A DNA stretch of 63,426 nucleotides, taken from positions 37,710,025-37,773,450 of the forward strand of contig NC_068989.1 in assembly GCF_001194135.2 (NCBI RefSeq). Direction: 5' to 3'. A model generated the notes under the pieces. It was given only the letters and a program-made list of their open reading frames with translations, ran no database searches and had not been told where the DNA came from. Source of the DNA: Octopus bimaculoides (taxonomy: Eukaryota). Made by a program: the position numbers and the translations under genes. How positions within the stretch are numbered: the stretch's first letter is position 1; each line of letters starts with the position of its first letter. This document shows positions 37,421 through 51,251 of this stretch, in pieces.

Positions 37421-39583
37421 AAAGAAATTATCGTTTTCTTTTTCTGTTTCCTGTTATAAAGATGTTGCGGGAAGAAAACAAAAAGAAGAAACTATCTGGG
37501 TAAGACAAAAAAAAAGTAAAAATAATAATGAATTATTCGACAAATCGAGTAAAAGAATTGTCAAAATATGTGAAATGGGTTGCCTATTTTCACTCAGCAG
37601 GCACACAACATTTGCTACACCAGAGATGGAGCCCCTTTAAAACTTGCTACCTGCCTTCAGCTAAGGAAAGAAAGAAGGATCTAGCCGTTAGGGTTGCACC
37701 TGTAGAAGAACTCTCTAATGACTTAGCATCTAACTCTCGATCAATGGATTAGAAACCGTACTCTGGTTGCTTCGCCTGGTTGTAAAGTGGAGCTTAGAAA
37801 AGATTACTTCAACAAACTGTCCTTGATGGGACAAAAATCACACAATAGGATTATATGCTATCATTGACATGTACTCGTATACGAAATACTCAACAGAACC
37901 TCTTGTGATGTCCCTTGTCAGCCAAAACTTACCGATAATTCCAACGATTTTCCAATTCAGAACATTTCAGTGCTGTTACAGATTGTTTTATTGTCTGGAT
38001 TAGCATAGTTTCCATTGAATTAATTTCCTCGGTTGCTTACTAAGGTAAACTATAAGGCAAGAGATAACTTTACAAACACGAAACCTGGACGAACAAGGCT
38101 GCTGTAGTTGCAGTATATATGTTTTATGTTGTTTTGTTTTCACTTTGTTTACAATAATAAAAATTTAAAAAATTGAATAACGCTTTTTCTGTAATTGTGT
38201 TTTTATTTTAAACATAATATATAGATCTATGAGGTTACAGCTAAAAGTCTTTATTTTTAATTGTGTTTTAAATGCATATTTGTGCTCTCATTTTGAATAC
38301 AAAATACCAGTGACGAATGAATTTGAAATTATCTACTACGTATCCAGACGCCGTTTTTTTTTATGTGCCTGCTGATCTTTAAGAAACTGGTCACACTCTA
38401 TAATATATACCACCTGGAAAATATATATTTCTGGCCATTCAAGGTTGACCTAGGGTTGAAGAACAATACTAATTTTCTTACAAAACCCATGATAGTCGAG
38501 TCACAGAAATAATCAACATTAACAAGAAGAAACACAAATGGCGAGAGTTTGACCGTTTCAGTGGCTTTGTTCACTTTTGTTGTAAGACAGTGTTCTACTT
38601 GGGCGAATTTGGTTCTCTCTTATTCGTTCTGTTCCATTGATTCCGACAATTTCATCAACTCATTAACCAAAGTAGAATGGTGGCGAGACGGAAACAAGAC
38701 AAAACAAAATTCTTATATGTGTGTCTTATTTTCTAACTCCCCACCCATTCTCTCTCTTTCTCTCTATCGAGAACACACAGACAGTGTTACCCTTGTTCCT
38801 GCTCTCATTCTCCCTCTCCGTCTCTTTCCACGAGTCCTCCCCCCTCCCCCTCTCTCTCTCTCTCTTTACTCTTTGTCATGAATACGCACTGTCTCTCTTT
38901 CCACCTCTCTCTCCCAGTTTTCCTATCTCTCTTTCATGAACACACACACTTCCTAGTTTATCCAGACTCTTCCCCCCCCCCTCTCTCTCTTAGTCTTCCT
39001 CTCTCCCTGTCTCAGTCCTCTCCTCTTTCAGTTTTCTCTTTCTTTCAGATTTACCCTCACCTCAATTCTCTCTTCCCACCCCCTCCGCTGCTTTCTCCTT
39101 GTTTGTCTGCTTGTCTGGCTCACTCTCTTTCTCTTAAATACACACACTCAAATTCACACGTACACACACCTGTTCTTCCTACACTAACTTTCAGCTATAA
39201 GTAACTAAGTTGTAAGTATTTCCGAACTCGAAATCTCTCCGCTTCATTGGAGAGAGTAGAAAAAAAGTAAACAAAAATAAATATAAGTAAAAAAAAAAAA
39301 AAAAAAAATTATATAAAAATCATTCAAAGAAAAAAACAAGCAAAAAAAAAAACGTGAACACTAATATGGCATCTTTGCAGAAATCTTTGGCATTGACGTT
39401 TGATTGGTCAGATCGAAGGTGGTATAGGGTGTTGGTCGGAGTGGAAGTGAAGTATGTAGAACTGACATAGAATTTGCATCAGCAACAATAACAACAATAA
39501 TAACCGCTGAGATAAAAGAAATAAATAATAATGAACAATAAAAATGACCAAAGAATACAAATAATCTTTACAGGAAGCAAAAT

Positions 39584-39644
<61 letters not shown>

Positions 39645-39679
39645 CACGCGCGCGTATACAAATACATATCTTCAAATGT

Positions 39680-39985
39680 GTGTGTGTATGCGTGTGTTCG
39701 CATATAAGATATATACATATATATATATACATACATACATGGACATTATGTATTGTATAAAATGTATGTGTATGTATATGTTGCATGTATATATGTATGT
39801 GTGTGGGTGTACATATATACACACATGTGTATATATACATCTATATATATATGTGTGTGCGTGTGTTCGCATATAAGATATATATATATATATATATATA
39901 CATACATGGACATTATGTATAGTGCATAAATGTATGTGTATATGTATATGTTGCATGTATATATATGTGTGTGTGTGTGTGTGTA
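39680..39985. repeat. Tandem duplication of a ~170-bp TA/TG-rich unit
   Basis: GCGTGTGTTCGCATATAAGAT..CATGGACATTATGTAT..GTTGCATGTAT occurs twice. Confidence 0.85.
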
Positions 39986-40330
39986 TCAGCACAGCCGGCG
40001 GTGTCTCATGTATATATATCTATATATATATATATATATATATATNNNNNNNNNNNNNNNNNNNNNNNNNNNNNNNNNNNNNNNNNNNNNNNNNNNNNNN
40101 NNNNNNNNNNNNNNNNNNNNNNNNNNNNNNNNNNNNNNNNNNNNNNNNNNNNNNNNNNNNNNNNNNNNNNNNNNNNNNNNNNNNNNNNNNNNNNNNNNNT
40201 ATATAAAGACTGAGTATGTTTACATACATATTGTATGTGATGTGTGAGTGTTATTTATACGCGTAAGACAGCCATTTTAATATGGACTTAAATCAAAGAT
40301 CCTCTCTATTCTTGTGTACCGTGTTGACAG

Positions 40331-40393
40331 ATCAGTGAGGCGTGGACTGGATTACATCGATACTCTATCATACAACCAATTGAAGCGGCATCG
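40331..40393 (+). CDS. Candidate 63-nt internal exon (unidentified)
   Basis: TTGACAG| acceptor and TCG|GTGAGC donor. Length is a multiple of 3 and two frames are open (ISEAWTGLHRYSIIQPIEAAS or SVRRGLDYIDTLSYNQLKRH). Confidence 0.25.
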
Positions 40394-41444
40394 GTGAGCC
40401 TCGGTGGAATTGCCGGTCTTCGTTGAAATGCGCTTTCGACCGTGTTAACACTTTCTAATACCAACCGCCTATTGATCTTCGATTTCGACCGCCAACCACC
40501 ACCTCTACTTTGTCTATTGGCCATCAAAAACTTAATCAGGAAACCTGAAACGGTATCGAAAATTGTAAGCAATTCTATTGATGCTGGGGAAGGAGCGCTG
40601 ATGAATATGTTTGCGATGGTAGTAGTAGTAGTAAGGAATATTGAATGATGTAGGTGTTGGAATAGTAGGGGTGCTGGTTACTAGAGTATGTTAGGATTAT
40701 TGGTGATTGTATTTCGGACAGGTATAGTACGTTTGGGGAGTTACAGTAATTATGATTAATGGAGTTAGTGTTTAGGGGTCGATATGGTCGAATTAGGGGA
40801 TTTATTATAATGACAGTGGTGATATTACTGTGAGTAATAATATCGATTTTCTTTTAACAGAGGCACAAGGCTACTAAATGTGAGAAACACGTATATAATC
40901 AATTATATTGACTCCAGAAAGTAAAAAAGAAAAAAAGAAAAAAACGCCGGCGGTATTTTGGATAAGATGCGCCAGGTCTTATAAGAAAGGAGAAGTTTAC
41001 AGAAGTCGGGTGGAGAGGGGTATGCTAAAGACATTGAATAAAAATAAAAAAATAAAAAAATAATTTTTAGAATCGTAATTTCCGTTGTATGAACCATCGG
41101 AATACTATAAAATTAGGAAAAAATTTTTTTTGTCCATGAAGTATTGGGTCTCTGATCTGAAACTCCGCCAAAATTACAGGCACATTAAAAAAAAATTTGA
41201 AGACTATTACATACATTTTTTTATTCATCATATTAGTGAACAACAAATTTCTGAAATAAACACATTTTTCAAGACAATCATTTGTATAGATTTTGTAAAC
41301 CCTCAAAATGCATGGTACACTGCTCGAGAACCACTGCATGACACATACAACTGTAAGCAGCAGAAGCACAGTTAGTGACAGCAGAAGCACAATTGCTATT
41401 AAAGGTTTATGCCACGTATGACCAAGTTTTTGTTCAAAGATCTT

Positions 41445-41720
41445 TAGCCCCAAGATATGAAACTAAGTTGGTGATTATACTGCATTTTCTGACAGGCAAT
41501 TCTCTCAGTACCTACAATGTTTCTATATGCCTATAAGATTTTTGTGGTAGCCTCCGCGGAAATTAGCAACGTCGACTCAGTGAGCAAGCTACAGGTACTT
41601 TTCAGTTCACGTATACGTTTACTGGTGATGTTCATCCCAGCCTGTTACCACGTAACAGCTATTTCGGGTTCTTTATCGCAAACTAACAGAGACACCCAGC
41701 GTTGCAGGGATTAAGGTAGC
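41445..41720 (-). repeat. Family E repeat, inverted partner of 28470-28697
   Basis: The reverse complement aligns block by block with the 28.5-kb copy. Both are preceded by CCTTAATCCCT. Confidence 0.8.
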
Positions 41721-41724
41721 ATAG

Positions 41725-41835
41725 TTTTTATTATTCTTTTACTTGTTTCAGTCATTTAAGTGTAGCCATGCTGGAGCATCGCCTTTAGTCGAACAAATCA
41801 ACCCCAAGTCTTATTCTTTTTAAGTCTATTACTTA
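41725..41835 (-). mobile_element. SINE family A, 3' tail fragment
   Basis: TTACTTGTTTCAGTCATT..GCCATGCTGGAGCATCGCCTTTAGTCGA. Confidence 0.8.
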
Positions 41836-41856
41836 TGTTATATGTACATATAGCAT

Positions 41857-43110
41857 AAGAAAGTCATTATCTTCAAGGAACGCAATTAGTTTCTTCTTGA
41901 CACTGCGCTCCATGACCTTGCCGACATGGGAAGTTAGAGAGACAGGTCTATAATTCTTAGCATCTGCTCTGCTAAATCCCTTCTGGATAGGGCATATAAT
42001 GCCTTCCTTTAACTTTTTGGGAAGTCTTCCTGTTGTGAGGAAGTTCTGGAAGAGAATCTGAAGTGGTCTAGCTAGAGCCCCTTTGCATTTCTTTTGGAGA
42101 ACTGCTGGGAATCCATCAGATCCTGTTGCTGAGTTTGAGCTCATCTCATCAATGGCTGATATCACATCAGTTTCCTCTATTTTGATGCTGTCAATAATTG
42201 CCATTTCGTTGTGTAGATCTGCAGAGACAAAGAACTCATCAGGCATAGCTACTTGCAAGGGTCCCAGTGGAATGGTAGAAGCACTCTTGTATTGCACTTT
42301 CAGTATTTCACTGATCCTCCGGGGGTCTACAGTCGGTGAGCCATTTTCTTCAACTAGTGGCCCTATTTTGCACCGCACTGAAGCAGATTTTTTGCATATC
42401 TATAGAAGACTTTAGGGTTTGTCTTGATATTTTGTCACCCCAACATTATGGATGAGCGCCGTGTTGTTCGTGAAACAGAGGTCCAGAAAATTTTTCCCCT
42501 AGAGCACTATTTGCTACATAAAGAGCATGCTAGTGAGGTCAAGCAGAGATTCTGCCTGCCTCAGGCCATGCAGTGACATAGCTAAGAGAAGGTGGCTCTC
42601 AGGCCATTCGACATAAGGGAGGTTGAAATCCCCTAAAAAAAGTATGTGCAGGCTGTCATCCAGGTTGGTTAATACTTCTTTCATTTCTTAGAGGCTCTCT
42701 TCAAATGAATCCCCATGATTTGAAGCATCTGGTGGGCAATACAAGGTACATATTACTGGTTTCATCTGTTTAATGTGTACCACGAAAGTGTCACAGACTG
42801 AGTTTGAGTGTGACAACAGGACTACAGGCGTGAAATCTTCCCGGATGTACATTGCCACTCCACCATGAGTCCTTTCTCTCCTGTCAGTTCGAAACCCAAC
42901 ATACCATACCATGGTATGTGTATCTCAGCATCTGATACATCCACATTCAGATGTGTTTCTGTTAGTGACACGCATATTGCTTGATTACATGTCACTAAGT
43001 CTCTCAGGTACTGTGTTTTGCGTAGTTGGAACGTTACGAGGCTCCTGATGTTCAGCAAGAGTGCTGGTGTGACATGTAGAGTGTCGGTAGTGGCCACTGG
43101 TCTGACATGC
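41857..43110 (-). pseudogene. CR1-group LINE ORF2 relic: APE endonuclease plus RT N-terminus, internally deleted and 3'-truncated
   Basis: APE motifs LLNIRSL, LTETHL, RTDRRERTHGGVAMYI, LYCPP, GDFNLP and LDLCFTNN. RT-proximal motifs NPKVFY, SATGSDGFP and KNYRPVSLTSHVGKVMER. Multiple stops and frameshifts. Confidence 0.9.
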
Positions 43111-43639
43111 GCATATATATATATNNNNNNNNNNNNNNNNNNNNNNNNNNNNNNNNNNNNNNNNNNNNNNNNNNNNNNNNNNNNNNNNNNNNNNNNNNNN
43201 NNNNNNNNNNNNNNNNNNNNNNNNNNNNNNNNNNNNNNNNNNNNNNNNNNNNNNNNNNNNNNNNNNNNNNNNNNNNNNNNNNNNNNNNNATATATACATG
43301 TATATATATACATATATATACCCACCAGAAAATAATTTTTTAAAAATTAGAATATTGACTATTTAAAGAAAGCTAAAATATAAATACTTACTGTACAAAC
43401 AACTTGTATTATTGAATTCACATTCACTTAAAAATATTTCTAAATGATTAAAATATTGTGTTTAACAAAAGCGAAAATAGAAACATTTACTGTAAAAACA
43501 ACTCGTATTGTTTGGTTGGTAAGGTAAAGTGACTAAAACTTTTGCCCAGGTCGTGAAGTTTGTCTTCAAAAGACAGAAGACATTGATCATAATGTCTCTA
43601 ATCGAAAGGTTATAGTTTCTTCCCTTCCAGAGTTTTGTT

Positions 43640-43810
43640 GCTTTCGGAGTATTTTCCCATTATGCACTGTTTTGGGTATTTATGAATACCTCCAAACCGC
43701 CCCATATCTCAGGAATCCGTGGTCCGATTTACGCGAAATTTGTTTTATTCCGTTTGTATTCACATTTTAGGGGTGTTTTAATTCGTAGTATTTTCCCATT
43801 ATGCGCCAGT
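43640..43810. mobile_element. HINE/DINE-like fragment
   Basis: TATCTCAGGAATCCGTGGTCCGATTTACGCGAAATTT is the reverse complement of an AAATTT..AAATCGG..CTGAGATA motif. Internal duplication GTATTTTCCCATTATGC. Confidence 0.35.
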
Positions 43811-44302
43811 TTAACTGTGTTAAATGACAGACAAGCAAGCAATCTGAGAGTTTTAGTAGTATATAGATGGTGGTAGTTGCAGATGTAATCTAATGTTAGT
43901 AGGGGTTCTAGCAATGGTGCTGATAATGGTAGTTTTTGTAACAGTGGTGGCAATGGTGGTAGTTATATTGATAATTATGGCGGCGATCCTGATGGTAGGA
44001 GTTGTTGCAATGATAGTGTAAACTGTAGTAGTGTGGTAGTGGTGGTAGTGGTTTTACTTACACTGCACTGCCATTACGGTGGTGGTGGTGACGGTGACAG
44101 TAGTGGCTTAGTTGGTAAAATAATGGTGTTCTCGTATGGATATATCATATCTCATGCATTTATTGTTGTGTTCTCTATTCAGCATACCAAACGACAGATC
44201 AAATGTTTCTTTGAAACGCTTCCTTCCTTTATATTCTTTGAAAATTATCTTTGTTTTATATTCTTTAGGGAATTTGCCATATACCTACTTATATGTTCAT
44301 GA

Positions 44303-44343
<41 letters not shown>

Positions 44344-45146
44344 GTGTGTGTGTCTGTATGCATATACATGTCTGTATATGTATATATATGTGTGTAGACA
44401 CGTATATATATACATATATGTGTTTTTGTGTTAGTATATATGTGTGCGTGTGCGTGAGTGTGTGTGTGTGTGCGTGAGTGTGTGTATGTGTGTGTGTGCG
44501 TGAGTGTGTGTATGTGTGTGTGTGCGTGAGTGTGTGTGTGTGTTTATAATCTTTGCGCATATATACGTGTGTATATATGTATGTATATTATGTATGTAAA
44601 TTCATGCATTGTAAATTATTGACTAGTTGATATAGTGATTCAAGATAGTACATTTTTTATCTTTCAAAGAAACAAAAGATTGTTGTTGACAAAGTTGAAA
44701 AGTAGTGTCATGTATAAAACATAAATCAAAAGTACGTTTAAACCGATTACTAAGAATGGTTTATGATTTTGGAGACTCATGCACCATTCAATAGCTGTGA
44801 ATTCTTTATCAATTGGTTGTAGATACTTTCTTCGTATTTGGATGAGGCATTCACCTCATTCACGATATCTGTTTTTGTGAGGAGTCTAAGTGTTCCGAAT
44901 CAGAAGATAATGTCTGATCTATTGTTTGAACAGAATTTTTAGTGAAATAACTAAATGTCTGAAATGAAATCTTATTGTTATTTCAACTATAAAACTACGG
45001 TCATGCTGAAGCACCGCCTTCAAAGGTTATTAACCGAACATATATATATAAACCGCAGTACTCAACTTTATTGATCCCTATATTTCAAACGACCCTAGTT
45101 GCCTTTTGATACAATGAGACAACACTCGACGCATCGTTTCATACTT

Positions 45147-45275
<129 letters not shown>

Positions 45276-47508
45276 TTGACTGACATGGATCTGGGATTCC
45301 CAGATAGCTAGTTTTTTCCACTGCCGTTTATACTGTCAGGCGTCTAGGCCATTCTGGGACAGTTGGACAAGGTATTTCCTGAACAATTGAACAGGATTAT
45401 TCTTATAGTGTGCAATGTTCTCTTACTTTTAATGACATTTAACTGAAATATATATCAAAACATATTTACAACAAAATGACATAAACAAAATTAAAAATAT
45501 AGAGAGAACAAATTATAACAAATAAAATTAAAAATTGTGTGTATTAGTTAAATGCTAAAGGGATTTCTTAATCACTCGGTACACATTCATCAAACTTCCG
45601 CACAATTTCCGCCTACCAAATTCTACTTGTTGGGAAGTTATTTGCCAACCCAAGGTTACAGTACAAGAGCTGCATAGAGGAATGGAACATCACATGATTG
45701 TGAAACAAACTTGACCGTAGGGTTATTTGAACTATTAACCTCATTTATAGAGATGAGCATTTAAAAAATATTTGTATCCACACTAGGCAGAAATATTGTG
45801 GTGTAAGCACCGTGACATAGTTTTTATATTTATAGAGGAGATGAGGAATAGTTACAATTTTAAATTATGGAGACTTGCTACTAATAGTTTCACATTTAGC
45901 CCTTTTATTAATGCATTTCCTTTCTTCAATAGCTCTCTATAACATATTTATTACATCATCACATCAACCAGGAAGGTAAAACCTCGTATAATGTTTTTAA
46001 GTAGCAGATGAAGGTAAAGTTGATAACTTCTGCATGAAGTGATACAACCAGAATTTCCAGTTATATCACAGTAGTTATGAAACATTTAATATATATTTAT
46101 ATACATATTCAATGGCTCTTCACATCCAAGATAATGGAGGTGTGGGAGCCTTTCTGATTGCGATGAAGATATACTTGTAATAAGTCTCAAGAGAATCTAC
46201 CCTCACTTTTTGCTATGTTCTTATCTTCTAATTGTTGGGATACATCGCCACATGTAACTTACTGTATATAAGCTGAATGTTTCTTTTCTACATTTCTATT
46301 GATGATAGATTGTCCAACCGCATACGTTGTTCAGTTATCTCCATATGTGAAGTGTTTTAAGTAGTTTCTCTGTTTAACTTGTATTCGATTTATTTACTAA
46401 AAGTGACATGTTCAATATATCAATACAGAAGTTCAAGCCGGACATCAACCGCATCAAGTTAATGAAAATGTCTGGGAAGAAGTGCAAAAGTCCTGGATGC
46501 CACTTGCCTCCTCAGGTCAAATAACTGAAATTTTTTTTTTTTTAAGAAAAAAAGTCGGTGACTTGCTGTGCTTTTATAATCTTTAGTTTGATGCTCCGTG
46601 ATTTTGAATTAATTTCCTGCTAACAAAGACCTTTTTATTGGTGCTGGACCTAATAACATTATGAATACAACAATCGACCGACTCTATTCTCCTTCAGTCT
46701 TTCTTTCTCTTCGTCCTCCCACCTCCCTATCCTTTATGCAAGCTATTTGTGCCTTGTTAAAACAAAAATCAATACATTCATGTCAGCCCTCACTGTTAGT
46801 AGGTTTTTTTTTCCTTGAATACACTTGATCTTTTGTCAGCATGAATCAAATTTTGTCAATTAAAGATTAATATATATTTTCCCATTGCGACAGTTGTTTA
46901 GGCGGCTAACCGAATTAAATGCCTCACAGAACGGGGTTTGGTTTATCCCACTAAGTTTTGAATTAAAAATCCCCCACAAGATAGTCATTTACGTTTCTTT
47001 CCTCCAAAGTCAATAAAAATAATCACCACCCAGTCGATTCAATCAACTTTACCTTCTCTTCTCAAACTGGTTACTTTGTACCAATGCTGAAGGTCAACAT
47101 AACCCTCTGAGTAATCCAACAGCGAAAGTGCAAAACGGATTTGCACAAAGCCTGCTGCAGCTAATAACAATGGCCTGTGTTTAGATTTCGCTACGTCTAG
47201 TATATCAAATTATCTGCACAAGAGGTTTATTCAAATTGGAATAGATTTGTGCATAGTCCATCCTACTGTATATATTCTAGCAGAAGGTGAATACTTGATG
47301 TAAGTATTCGCGATGGAATATTTTTGCTAAGAAATAAACAGTACTGCTCAAAACATAATCAACGTATTCATAAATTCTATGTATCCGTTTACATTCCCTT
47401 TACCAAACATCAACTTTGGTGGTTTCAATGTGAAGTCCCTCTGTGATCTAGACTGATTTTACGAACAATGCTTTGGAGTCTGAATTGTTCTGTTTTTATA
47501 ATACAATT

Positions 47509-48370
47509 GACGGGGTACCCAAAAGATACCGGAATTTTGCAATATTATTTTTTTCACTTAGTTTTACATGTTTAAACTTTTATCACCTTTAAAGTATCCT
47601 CCATTTGAAGTAATGCATGGGTCCAGTTGCGTTTTCCACTGTTCGAAGCACTCCTAGAACTCTTGTGAAGTGATACCTTTTAACGACTCGTTTTTTTTTC
47701 TTTCTTTGTTTTCACCTTTTCTACATCTGCAAAATGTTTTCCTTTAAGGACTTTTTTCATTCGGGGAAACAAAAAAATGTTGCAGGGAGCAAGATCGGGT
47801 GTCTAAAAAGGGTGGGTAAACGGGGTCATGCTATTTTTGGTCAAAAACTGTCACACTCAAAGTGGTGTGCGAAGGGGTATTGTTGTGACGAAAGCACCAC
47901 TCTCCACTTTGCCACTCGTCGGGGCGTTTTCGTCTCGCCGTGTATTGCAAACGCTTAAGAACTGCCAAATAAAATGTCTGGTTCACAGTTGACCAGGAGG
48001 AACAAACACTGTGTGGACAATTCTTTTTGCATCGATGAAACAAATCAGCATCGTCTTGACATTGGACTTCACTTTTCGACACACTTTTTGGGGGTGCGGT
48101 GACATTGAATACTTTCGTTGACTTGATTGCTGCTTCGCTTCCGGATTGTAGCCGTTGCACTAGCTTTCATCACCAGTGATGACCTTCGAAAAAAGATTCG
48201 GATCAACTTCCAGCTGTTCTTTCAGTTCACGACACGCATTCAGTCGTGACTGCTTTTGATCTTTCGTGAGCAAGTGTGGCACAATTTTTGCTGCAACTCT
48301 TTTCTTTCACAATTCATCGATCAAAATTCGTTGGTAGGAGCTCCAGGACACACCAGTAATATCAACAAAT
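47509..48370 (-). mobile_element. Decayed mariner: catalytic DD34D region and 3' end
   Basis: Minus frames read RVAAKIVPHLLTKDQK, KVITGDES, VKTMLICF, HNNTPSH (HDNA-like) and PDLAPCNIFLFPRMKKVLKGKHF. TIR-like GACGGGGTACCCAAAAGATACCGGAAT at about 47509. Confidence 0.9.
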
Positions 48371-48529
48371 CTGAGTTTTATATCGTTTAAAACCTTTCTG
48401 AATTTCTAAGCTAGTTCATCTCTAAAGGTAGCTTCAACAAACATTACTCCTTGAAATCTGCCCTGCTTTTTATTCTGTCTAATCTGTTCCAGGATTTGCG
48501 TTGATGCATGGAGCACACTCAATTCGTAC

Positions 48530-48720
48530 CAATAATTCTTTTTATTATAGGCATAAGGCATGAACTTTGTGGATTACATCGATTCCAGTGCTGAAATGAT
48601 ATTTATTTTACCAACCCCAGCTTGTATTTAATTGACGGAATTTGATTTCAGAGCATAAAACTGAAAGAAATGCCGCTAAGTATTTTGACTGATATCCTAA
48701 TAACTCTTCCAGTTCAACGT
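48530..48720 (-). mobile_element. SINE family B, partly CpG-decayed
   Basis: GGCATAAGGCATGAAC..TACATCGATTCCAGTG..ACCAACCCC..GGAATTTGA..GAAATGCCGCTAAG. Confidence 0.65.
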
Positions 48721-49919
48721 CCTAAAATAATAAATGTGTGGTTTGTAAAACTTAAACCTGTATTGGATATATTGAATTACCATAGATAATTTATCCCTTT
48801 GCCTGACACTACCAGCAAACTACGAACATCAGTTAATACTGATAATGATAATTTGAAGCAAATTTTGGCTCTTCTGTGTACTTTGATTCTGTCTTGTTGA
48901 TTATATCTAGTGAAGAGTTAAGTTTGGTTGATGAAATCTCGTACATGTTTTTGATGTTCACTAGGTCAACACATTGGTTATTCATATTTCATCACTTTTA
49001 CTAGACCTGCTATCAAGATGTTTATTTTTTTACATTTAATACATCAAAATTATGTTAGACAGTATTTTGTAGCCATGAAATTCATATAATGTGAATGAAA
49101 GGATTTGTATTTCGTTTTCTATAACTTCTAACCAGATTCAGGATAGGCAGTCTGTTGTAGGGATTAATGAATATCGTGGATGGGGTTAGCTATGTATTTG
49201 ATGCTCTTCATGGTGCATTTTTTTTCTAATTCTTGGGTATAGTTTTCTGTAAAAGAAACACTAAGGTTTTTGTCATTTACGTATCTGGAATACATATAGC
49301 TGTGGAATATTTTGCTAAAAACTTTTTAAATCTTCTGTTTCTCTACAACATAAAGAGGCTGTCTAAGCTGTGCAATCCTGTCTTTTTTCCTTGGCACAGT
49401 GCATTCCTACCATCTAATAGGTCTTCTTTTCTAAAACAGTAGAGAGAAATTTGAATGAGATTTGCTTGCTGTTTCAAGTCATTTATGAATAAACAACCTT
49501 CATTCTTTATAAGAATAGCACAATATGACTTAATGTGTCCTTATTTATGATGCTAAATTGTGATTTAAGTGAGTGTTAGCTACTATTTGTAGTGAGCCAA
49601 ACAACTACATATAGGCTATCTTGTGTATTTGTAACATTTGGTATGAATTTAGCAAATAATCTTTTATGTCATGTTATAGTTATGAGCAAAGCTCGTTTTT
49701 GTTTTACACTTTGTAAACATTTTTCTATAGTGTTAGCAAGAATTGCAACAGATAAACTGATGTCAGGTAGACAGATGCAGATATCACTAATGGAAATCAA
49801 ATTTTATCATGTTTCAATGATGCAAGGAGGTGGATATCATACAATACATATATTTAGCTTAATATTCACCCCACTCCACATCACACTCACAAACACACAC
49901 ACACACACGCACACACGCG

Positions 49920-49971
<52 letters not shown>

Positions 49972-49981
49972 NNNNNNNNNN

Positions 49982-50026
<45 letters not shown>

Positions 50027-50334
50027 ATGGATACGTCATTATTTTGCCTTGCTTCTACGAAATTCCTTTAGTCTCTACATTTTGAACAAAAAAAGATTTT
50101 TCTTTGTTCAAAATGACAGAACTAGTCTCTCAGAAAAACCTATTCTTGTGTGTATATTGTCATGTAGACAATGTACTACATATTGTTTGTGTTTCTCTAC
50201 ATAGGTAATGCATAAATATATAGACCTGTATGTGTATATAATTCATATACTGTTCTGTAGTTCTCTAAAGTATGTGAATACATATAAACATTTTATAAAT
50301 ATACGAATAATGAATATTGTTTATATATATGTAT

Positions 50335-50388
<54 letters not shown>

Positions 50389-51220
50389 TTACATATACAT
50401 ACATGGACATACATATATATACAAATATATAAATACATACACGCATATATATATATCATGTACATACAAGGGTATATTGAAAGTGTATATTCAAGTGATG
50501 AAATGAAACAAACGAATGATGAATTCCATTTCCTTGTTACACAGGTATCACCAATCAACTTAACGAATAGTTTTCTATAATTTTGTGTGCATGCCTGTTA
50601 AGCATCTGTTGAAATTATCTGTAATGGTGGAAGTCTTTTGAATAAATTGAGGAAATTAAATGAGGAAATGAAATATATTGATTCTTTGTTAGAAATCATA
50701 AAAAAATTTAACATTCCTTTTCTATTTATTATTTTTTTTTTGCTACACAGGCAGCTAGAATTTTAGTGATAGATGTTCGATGTGTGTATGTTTAATGTGA
50801 GTATGTATGAATACATAATGGAGCAGTAAGCATACGTATGGTTCAGTGGTTAAGAAGTTTATTTCACAACCATGAGGTACCACTCTAGTATCCTGCTATG
50901 CAGATACTTGGCAAGTGTTTTTCATTGACTTCAGCTAAGTCATGTGAATTAAATTGAGTAGCTGAAAACGTGGGGGAAGGGGGGGGGGCTTTTGGATGGA
51001 CGGTTCGTGTAATTTAAAGGCCAACCTTGTCACACAATGTGTAATGTTGATTCTGAGTATGAATTAGGTTTAGGGTACAAGTGTTTATTGAATACTCAAC
51101 CACTTACACCATGATTCAAGAGTAGACAATTTAGTTGTTAGAACAACTGGAATATTTATTGTCACAGCTGGTGGAAGTCCATTTAACATACATACATACA
51201 TACATACATACATACATACA

Positions 51221-51251
<31 letters not shown>

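Noticed and set aside
37528-37752. 74-aa ORF with a phase-compatible acceptor
   Set aside because: No recognisable domain or supporting donor/polyA context; could be TE UTR.
50751-50785. Acceptor plus AARILVIDVRC, superficially rhodanese-like
   Set aside because: Only a 7-residue resemblance, ambiguous donor in a TG repeat, and no neighbouring exon continues the domain.
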